From NCBI GenBank assembly GCA_046758705.1, contig JBHIAT010000108.1, positions 1 through 12,556 on the forward strand: a stretch of DNA of 12,556 bases. Direction: 5' to 3'. Shown here one piece after another: positions 7,340 through 12,556 of this stretch (positions are counted from its first letter, which is position 1; each line of letters starts with the position of its first letter). Origin of the DNA: Candidatus Bipolaricaulia bacterium (GTDB lineage Bacteria > Bipolaricaulota > Bipolaricaulia > JBHIAT01). Below the pieces are notes generated by a model, which saw only the letters and a list, made by a program, of their open reading frames with translations, ran no database searches and was not told the origin of the DNA. Both the position numbers and the translations under genes were made by a program.

Positions 7340-8167
7340 GTGGACAGAGGGAAGATCTTGGAGGTCAAGGATTTAACCAAGAATTTTGGGGGCTTTCGAG
7401 CGGTGAAGCAGTTGAGCTTTACCCTCGATCGCGAGGAGATCTTAGGCTTGGTCGGCCCCAACGGCGCAGGCAAGACCACAACCTTTAACCTGATCACCGG
7501 CTTTCTCAAGCCGACTGCTGGAAAGATCTTCTATGATGGACGGGAGATCACCGGGCTGCCCCCCCACGGGCGGGCACGGCTGGGTTTGGTCCGCACCTTC
7601 CAGAACACGAAAGTCTTTGCCCATCTGACCGTGGAGAAGAACATCTGGATTGGTTGCCATATGCGGGAACGAGGTGGCTTCAAACGGGTGCTGTTGGGCA
7701 CCCCTCACGCCGAGCGGAACGATCTGGAGAGTCGGGTTGAGCAGATCCTTACGTTCACCGATCTGCAGGAGCTGCGTGACAAGATCGCTGACGACCTGCC
7801 CTATGGGGAGCAGCGCGCGCTCGGGATCGCCATTGCTCTGGGAGCCGATCCCAAGCTTTTGCTGCTTGATGAGCCGTTCGCCGGAATGAACCCCGCAGAG
7901 GCATCACGGAGCATGGCTTTGATCCACAAGATCCGAGACGCCGGCACAACCGTTCTGTTAGTGGATCATCACATGGATACCCTGGTGAAACATTGTGATC
8001 GTCTTGTGGTGATGCACCACGGGGAGAAGCTGGCCGAAGGGAGGCCGAAACAGGTCAAGGAGGATCCCCAGGTCATTGAGGTCTACTTGGGAGGCACCGA
8101 GTTGATAGAACTGAGACCGGAAGGCAAATTGGACCCGGATCGATCGGAGCAGGAGTCAGGTGAATGA
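7340..8167 (+). CDS. livG: HAAT ABC transporter ATP-binding protein, LivG-like (GTG start; in-frame TTG at 7358 is an alternative)
   Basis: Walker A GPNGAGKTT, 'RTFQN', LivG-type signature 'LPYGEQR', Walker B 'LLLLDEPFAGMN', C-terminal 'VIEVYLG'. Confidence 0.93.
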   Translation: MDRGKILEVKDLTKNFGGFRAVKQLSFTLDREEILGLVGPNGAGKTTTFNLITGFLKPTAGKIFYDGREITGLPPHGRARLGLVRTFQNTKVFAHLTVEKNIWIGCHMRERGGFKRVLLGTPHAERNDLESRVEQILTFTDLQELRDKIADDLPYGEQRALGIAIALGADPKLLLLDEPFAGMNPAEASRSMALIHKIRDAGTTVLLVDHHMDTLVKHCDRLVVMHHGEKLAEGRPKQVKEDPQVIEVYLGGTELIELRPEGKLDPDRSEQESGE

Positions 8168-8871
8168 GCCTGTTGGAGCTTAGAGAAGTTCACGTCTATT
8201 ATGGGAGGATCTCCGCGTTACAGAGCGTCTCCCTCGAGCTCAAGCAGGGAGAACTGGTCGCGCTCATCGGGGCGAACGGCGCGGGGAAGACGACGACGTT
8301 GCGGACGATCTCCGGATTGATCCGTCCGCGAACGGGACAGATCCTGTTCCGCGATCAAGAGATCACCCGCCTTTCTCCGGAAGCCATCGTCCGTTCAGGC
8401 ATTGCCCACTGCCCTGAAGGCCGGGAACTCTTTCCGGATATGATGGTGCTGGAGAACCTGGAGATGGGAGCCTATACTAGGAAAGATGGCCGAATTGCGG
8501 AGGACCTGGAACGTGTCTACCGTCTTTTCCCTAGGCTTAAGGAGCGTTGGGATCAAAAAGCGGGGAGCCTCAGCGGTGGGGAGCAGCAGATGCTGGCCAT
8601 CGGTCGGGCTCTGATGTCCGGGCCCAGTTTAATCTTATTCGATGAGCCGTCTTTGGGCCTCGCTCCCTATCTCGTTCAAGAGGTTGCCCGGGCGATCCAG
8701 AGATTGAACGCTGAAGGGGTCAGTGTCTTGCTCGTCGAACAGAACGTACACATCGCGTTTGCGATCGCTCAGCGCGGCTATGTGATGGAGAACGGTCGGA
8801 TCGTGCTGGCGGGGCCGATAGATGAACTCCAGGCGGATGAACGGGTGAAGCGCGCTTATCTAGGAGGCTAA
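8164..8871 (+). CDS. livF: HAAT ABC transporter ATP-binding protein, LivF-like
   Basis: Walker A GANGAGKTT, 'CPEGRELF', 'LFPRLKER', signature LSGGEQQMLAIGRALM, 'DEPSLGLAP', 'VEQN', 'VKRAYLG'. ATGA overlap with livG. Confidence 0.95.
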   Translation: MSLLELREVHVYYGRISALQSVSLELKQGELVALIGANGAGKTTTLRTISGLIRPRTGQILFRDQEITRLSPEAIVRSGIAHCPEGRELFPDMMVLENLEMGAYTRKDGRIAEDLERVYRLFPRLKERWDQKAGSLSGGEQQMLAIGRALMSGPSLILFDEPSLGLAPYLVQEVARAIQRLNAEGVSVLLVEQNVHIAFAIAQRGYVMENGRIVLAGPIDELQADERVKRAYLGG

Positions 8872-8875
8872 CGGC

Positions 8876-9820
8876 ATGCAGGAGCGGAGGAACGATCGGA
8901 ACGCAAGGTTGCGGGCTCGCATTGCTGAGGACAAGATCCTGCAGGTGCCGGGGGCGTACGATGGCCTGAGCGCCAAGCTGGTAGAGCACGCTGGGGCGGA
9001 GGCCGTCTATCTGTCCGGTTCGGGGGTGGCTGCCAGTCTCGGCCTGCCCGATCTCGGCCTAGTCAGTTTCACCGAGATGCTCGAGCGAGCGAACCAAATT
9101 GCCGAGGTCGTGTGCATCCCGGTGGTTACAGACGGGGACACCGGCTACGGCGGCCCCCTCAACGTCGTGCGCACCGTGCGGGCCTACGAGAAGGTCGGAG
9201 TATCGGCTATCCAGATTGAAGATCAAGTCTTTCCAAAACGCTGCGGACATTTTGAGGCCAAGCAGGTGATTCCGCTCGAGGAGATGCTTGCCAAGATCTA
9301 CGCCGCGCTTGACGCGCGATGGGATGAGAATTTCCTGATCATCGCCCGCACAGACGCTCGGGCCACCCACGGTCTAGAAGAAGCGATCCGACGCGGCCAC
9401 GCCTTCGCCGAGGCCGGTGCGGACATCGTCTTCGTTGAAGCCCCCCAAAGCCGAGAAGAACTGGCGCGCATCGCGCAGGAGATCGATGCCCCGCTCCTGG
9501 TGAATCTGCCAGAGGGGGGTAAGACTCCGCTGCTCACCGCACAACAGCTCGAGCACCTGGGATATGACATGGTCATTCATGCCAATACTGCTCTGCGGGC
9601 TGCCGCCAAGCAGATGCTCCACGTGCTGCGCTATCTTCTCAAACACGGAACCTCTCAAGGGATCGTCGATCAGCTGATCACCTTCGAGGATCGGGACGAA
9701 CTGACAGGCCTGCCGGAGCTTCAAGCACGAGAAACGGCGTACACCCGGGCGGCTGGCTTGGAGCAGGAAGAGCAGGGCAAGAGAGAGCGAGGAAAGCAAG
9801 GAAAGGGGATGTCTTCATGA
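8876..9820 (+). CDS. Isocitrate lyase/PEP mutase superfamily C-C lyase (2-methylisocitrate lyase / 2,3-dimethylmalate lyase / oxaloacetate hydrolase-like)
   Basis: 'PGAYD', 'YLSGSG..ASLGLPDLG', 'DGDTGYG', catalytic 'IEDQVFPKRCGH' (Cys codon 9242-9244), 'IARTDAR', 'FVEAP', 'N..EGGKTP'. RBS AGGAGG at 8862-8867. Confidence 0.92.
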   Translation: MQERRNDRNARLRARIAEDKILQVPGAYDGLSAKLVEHAGAEAVYLSGSGVAASLGLPDLGLVSFTEMLERANQIAEVVCIPVVTDGDTGYGGPLNVVRTVRAYEKVGVSAIQIEDQVFPKRCGHFEAKQVIPLEEMLAKIYAALDARWDENFLIIARTDARATHGLEEAIRRGHAFAEAGADIVFVEAPQSREELARIAQEIDAPLLVNLPEGGKTPLLTAQQLEHLGYDMVIHANTALRAAAKQMLHVLRYLLKHGTSQGIVDQLITFEDRDELTGLPELQARETAYTRAAGLEQEEQGKRERGKQGKGMSS

Positions 9821-11064
9821 ACGCGGGCATGACGATCGCGGAGCAGATCCTCGCCCGGGCAGCGGGGCGTGAGCGTGTCCGGCCGGGAGAGATCATGGTG
9901 GCGCGCGTCGACCGCCTGCTCATTACCGGCCGACGGTTCGCCAACTTCGCCCAAACGGCGGGGCGCGTCTGGGACCCGGAGCGTGTCGTGGTGGTCTTCG
10001 ACCACGTGGCACCTCCGCCGACTGTCGCGGCGGCCGATGACTTCGTCCATGCCCGGCGCATGGCTAAGAAGCTGGGCATTCGGCATTGGTACGAGATCGG
10101 CCGGGGGATCTGCCACCAGGTCTTCCTCGAGGAGGGTTTCGCCCGACCTGGAGAGCTCGTGGTGGGCTCCGATTCCCACACCTGCACGGCCGGAGCCTTC
10201 AACGTCGCGGCCCGGGGAATCAACGTCGAAACACCCTATGTGCTGGCCTATGGCGAGACGTGGTTCCGCGTGCCGGAGTCCATCGTATTCACCTTAACAG
10301 GTGAGTTTCAGCCCGGCGTCTACTCCAAAGATGTCATGCTCCACATCGCCGGGACCTACGGTGGAGATGTAGGTTCACATCGGTCGATCGAATTCATGGG
10401 CCCCGCCCTCCAGAGAATGAGCCTGGAAAGTCGGATCGTGTTGGCCAACATGGGCATCGAGCTGGGCGCCAAGTTTGCTATTCTGCCCGCGGACCAAGTC
10501 GTGATCGATTACTTGCAGGCGCGCACCGAGGAACCCTTTGCGCCCGTAAGTCCCGATCCCGATGCTCACTACGCCGAAATCCATGAGCTAGACGTCTCAA
10601 AACTCGAACCCCAGGTGGCCTGTCCGCACGATGTGAGCAACGTCAAGCCGGTGAACGAAGTCAAGGAGGTTAAAATCGACCAAGCGTTCATCGGCTCCTG
10701 TACCAACGCGCGATATGAAGATCTGGAAGTGGCCGCGCGCATCCTCAACGGGCACCAGATCCACCTTGACACGCGGCTGATCGTCACCCCGGCCTCCAAA
10801 CAGGTGTACGATCAGGCACTGAAGACCGGAGTCATCGAGATCCTGTCGGAAGCGGGCGCGGTGATCACCAGCTCTGACTGCGGGGCCTGTCCAGGCTTCC
10901 ACATGGGCGTGCTGGGAGACGGCGAAGTCTGCATCGCCTCCCAGAACCGCAACTATAAGGGCCGTATGGGAAACCCAACCGCGCAAATCTATCTGGCCTC
11001 GGCGGCGACCGTGGCTGCATCAGCCGTTGAGGGCCGGATTGCCGACCCGAGAGAATATCTATGA
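9817..11064 (+). CDS. Aconitase-family [4Fe-4S] hydro-lyase large subunit (LeuC/HacA/DmdA-like, divergent)
   Basis: 'MTIAEQILARAAG', 'FDH', 'GICH', 'DSHTCT', cluster ligands GSCTN (Cys 10699) and CGAC (10879, 10888), 'NRNYKGRMG', 'YLAS'. ATGA overlap with the lyase. Confidence 0.93.
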   Translation: MNAGMTIAEQILARAAGRERVRPGEIMVARVDRLLITGRRFANFAQTAGRVWDPERVVVVFDHVAPPPTVAAADDFVHARRMAKKLGIRHWYEIGRGICHQVFLEEGFARPGELVVGSDSHTCTAGAFNVAARGINVETPYVLAYGETWFRVPESIVFTLTGEFQPGVYSKDVMLHIAGTYGGDVGSHRSIEFMGPALQRMSLESRIVLANMGIELGAKFAILPADQVVIDYLQARTEEPFAPVSPDPDAHYAEIHELDVSKLEPQVACPHDVSNVKPVNEVKEVKIDQAFIGSCTNARYEDLEVAARILNGHQIHLDTRLIVTPASKQVYDQALKTGVIEILSEAGAVITSSDCGACPGFHMGVLGDGEVCIASQNRNYKGRMGNPTAQIYLASAATVAASAVEGRIADPREYL

Positions 11065-11591
11065 AGGTGAAGGGGGAACGTGCGATGTCGACGCTTTACC
11101 GAGGTCGCGTCTGGAAGTTCGGGGACCACATTAACACCGACCTGATCATGCCTGGGGACTCCATGTACGGCAAGGTGCCCAAGGAAGAGATGAAGTACCA
11201 CGCGTTCAAGGCCATCCGACCGGAGTTTGCCCGCCAGGTCCGGTCCGGGGACATTATCGTAGCCGGGAAGAACTTCGGTAGCGGCTCCAGCCGCCCCGCC
11301 ACCAGGATTCTCAAAGATTTGGGTATCAGCTGTATCGTCGCTGAATCGTTTGCACAGCTCTTCTTTCGCAACTCGATCAACATGGGCTATCCGGTGTTGA
11401 TCTGCACAGGGGTCACCGGGTTATTCGAGGACGGCGATGAGGCAGAGGTCGAACTGCTCAGCGGTCGTGTCACGAATCTTAAGACAGGCCAGTCTTTGCA
11501 GGCGGAGCCTCTGCCACCGTTCATTCTTAGACTGATCGAGGCTGGAGGCATCCTGGCCTTACTCAAGCGCGGCGAGCGACTGAAAACCTGA
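11061..11591 (+). CDS. Aconitase-family hydro-lyase small (swivel) subunit (LeuD/HacB/DmdB-like); true start may be ATG 11085
   Basis: 'GRVWKFGDHINTDLIMPG', 'GDIIVAGKNFGSGSSR', 'AESFAQLFFRNSINMG', 'LIEAGGIL'. ATG 11085 has a G-rich RBS (GAAGGGGG) upstream, while ATG 11061 overlaps the previous stop. Confidence 0.92.
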   Translation: MKVKGERAMSTLYRGRVWKFGDHINTDLIMPGDSMYGKVPKEEMKYHAFKAIRPEFARQVRSGDIIVAGKNFGSGSSRPATRILKDLGISCIVAESFAQLFFRNSINMGYPVLICTGVTGLFEDGDEAEVELLSGRVTNLKTGQSLQAEPLPPFILRLIEAGGILALLKRGERLKT

Positions 11592-11642
11592 GCAGATCGT
11601 ATGTCAAAGACCACAAGACCGTCACGAAAGGAGAAACGCGAT

Positions 11643-12556
11643 ATGCCGCAGTATGACTTGGCTGTGATCAACGGCACGATGATCATTCCCTACGTCGGCC
11701 CCATACGTGGCGACATCGGCATCCGGGACGGACACATCGTGGCCCTGTGCGATTCCATCGACGCCGCACAGGCCGAGGACGTCCTCGATGCCAAGGATCG
11801 GGTGATCTTGCCCGGGGCGGTGGATTCCCACTTCCACCTGGGCATTTACCGCTCCTTGTCCGATGATGTCCTAAGCGAGACTGCCTCTGCCTTGGTTGGA
11901 GGCGTAACCACGATCATTAGCTACTTCAGAACCGGCCGTCACTACCTTGACAAGAGTGGACCGTACCGTGAGATCTTCCCCGAAGTGCTTACCCTCACTG
12001 ACGGACGCGCGTACACCGATTACAGCTACCACATCGCCATCATGACTACGGACCAGCTCGACGAGGTCGACTGGTTGGTTCGAGAGCAGGGCGTGGGATC
12101 CTTCAAGTACTACATGTTCTACAAGGGATTGAACCTTACCGCTGACTCCACACGCGGCAGCGATTACATCATGGCCGAGACATACGACTTAGGCCATCTC
12201 TACCTCTTCATGCAGCAGGTCGCGGCCGCCTCTCGAAACTATGGCTCTCACGGCCGCATCTCCTTGAGCCTCCACTGCGAGCACGCGGAGCTCATCCGGG
12301 TTTTCATCGAGGAGGTGAAGCGCTTAGGGTTGACCACCCTGGAGGGCTACCACCGGTCACGGCCGCCTCTCACCGAACGTCTCTCCATGGCGGAGGCGGT
12401 CATCCTGGGAGACGTAACCCGCTGCCCCCTCAACCTGCTTCACCTGAGCAGCCGTGAAGCCGTCACGACAGCCAGTGAGGCCAAGCGAAACTATCCGCAC
12501 CTGGACATCCGCCTGGAAACCACGGTCCATCACCTTGCCCTGACCCACGCCACGGC
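11643..12556 (+). CDS. Binuclear-metal cyclic amidohydrolase (dihydropyrimidinase/hydantoinase/allantoinase/dihydroorotase-like), 3'-truncated by the window edge
   Basis: Hand translation gives an unbroken frame: MPQYDLAVINGTMIIP...DIGIRDGHIVAL...ILPGAVDSHFHLG (HxH at 11829/11835)...ETASALVGGVTTIISY...GVGSFKYYM (Lys 12105)...LHCEH (His 12273)...SRPPLTE...LLHLSS (His 12441)...ETTVHHL. RBS AAGGAG at 11628-11633. An in-frame ATG at 11601 lacks a comparable RBS. Confidence 0.92.
   Translation, partial: MPQYDLAVINGTMIIPYVGPIRGDIGIRDGHIVALCDSIDAAQAEDVLDAKDRVILPGAVDSHFHLGIYRSLSDDVLSETASALVGGVTTIISYFRTGRHYLDKSGPYREIFPEVLTLTDGRAYTDYSYHIAIMTTDQLDEVDWLVREQGVGSFKYYMFYKGLNLTADSTRGSDYIMAETYDLGHLYLFMQQVAAASRNYGSHGRISLSLHCEHAELIRVFIEEVKRLGLTTLEGYHRSRPPLTERLSMAEAVILGDVTRCPLNLLHLSSREAVTTASEAKRNYPHLDIRLETTVHHLALTHAT

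Noticed and set aside
8876-9820. Calling the lyase prpB, or a PEP mutase marking phosphonate biosynthesis
   Set aside because: No prpC, prpD or prpF in the window and PrpB-specific residues differ. The PEP mutase motif EDKxxxxxNS is absent (EDQVFPKRCGH instead).
8876-10300. Higher GC in the lyase and hydratase genes than in the permeases as evidence of horizontal mosaicism
   Set aside because: Spot counts differ (43/60 GC at 9841-9900 vs 22/60 at 6841-6900), but membrane-protein codons are T-rich and there is no junction, repeat or mobility gene. A GC3 or tetranucleotide analysis would be needed.
9817-11591. Calling the pair leuC/leuD for leucine biosynthesis, tempting because of the adjacent liv-type transporter
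   Set aside because: No leuA, leuB or ilv genes in the window, a catabolic context, and several diverged specificity motifs. Gene symbols withheld.
131-12548. The many 60-180 aa alternative-frame and antisense ORFs in the track (e.g. 2677-3180 -, 3984-4463 +, 4657-5184 +, 9678-10223 -, 11622-11837 -, 12357-12548 -)
   Set aside because: Nearly all lie within or opposite well-supported genes, show no recognisable motifs, and are expected shadows of GC-rich coding sequence.
1-12556. CRISPR arrays, tRNA/rRNA, riboswitches, IS elements, pseudogenes
   Set aside because: Intergenic gaps are 138 bp or less, with no spaced repeats, cloverleaf or transposase motifs. All main frames appear intact.

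Overview
A densely packed, apparently intact catabolic and transport region with three transcription units. There is no mobile element, RNA gene or CRISPR array. (1) On the + strand, entering from the left edge: two carbohydrate (CUT1) ABC permeases followed by two classical SDR oxidoreductases. (2) On the - strand: a Tat-exported LivJ/LivK-type solute-binding protein followed, past a strong stem-loop, by a GntR/FadR regulator. (3) On the + strand, divergent from unit 2 across a 138-bp promoter region: livH-livM-livG-livF type ABC transporter genes, an isocitrate lyase/PEP mutase superfamily C-C lyase, a divergent LeuC/LeuD-type [4Fe-4S] hydro-lyase pair, and a dihydropyrimidinase/allantoinase-like cyclic amidohydrolase. 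That last gene runs off the right edge and is absent from the supplied ORF track. The most interesting signal is the enzyme set in unit 3. Ring-opening amidohydrolase, hydratase and malate-type lyase, each with non-canonical specificity motifs, suggest an uncharacterised pathway for a cyclic amide/imide that yields a substituted maleate or malate. The substrate is inferred, not shown.
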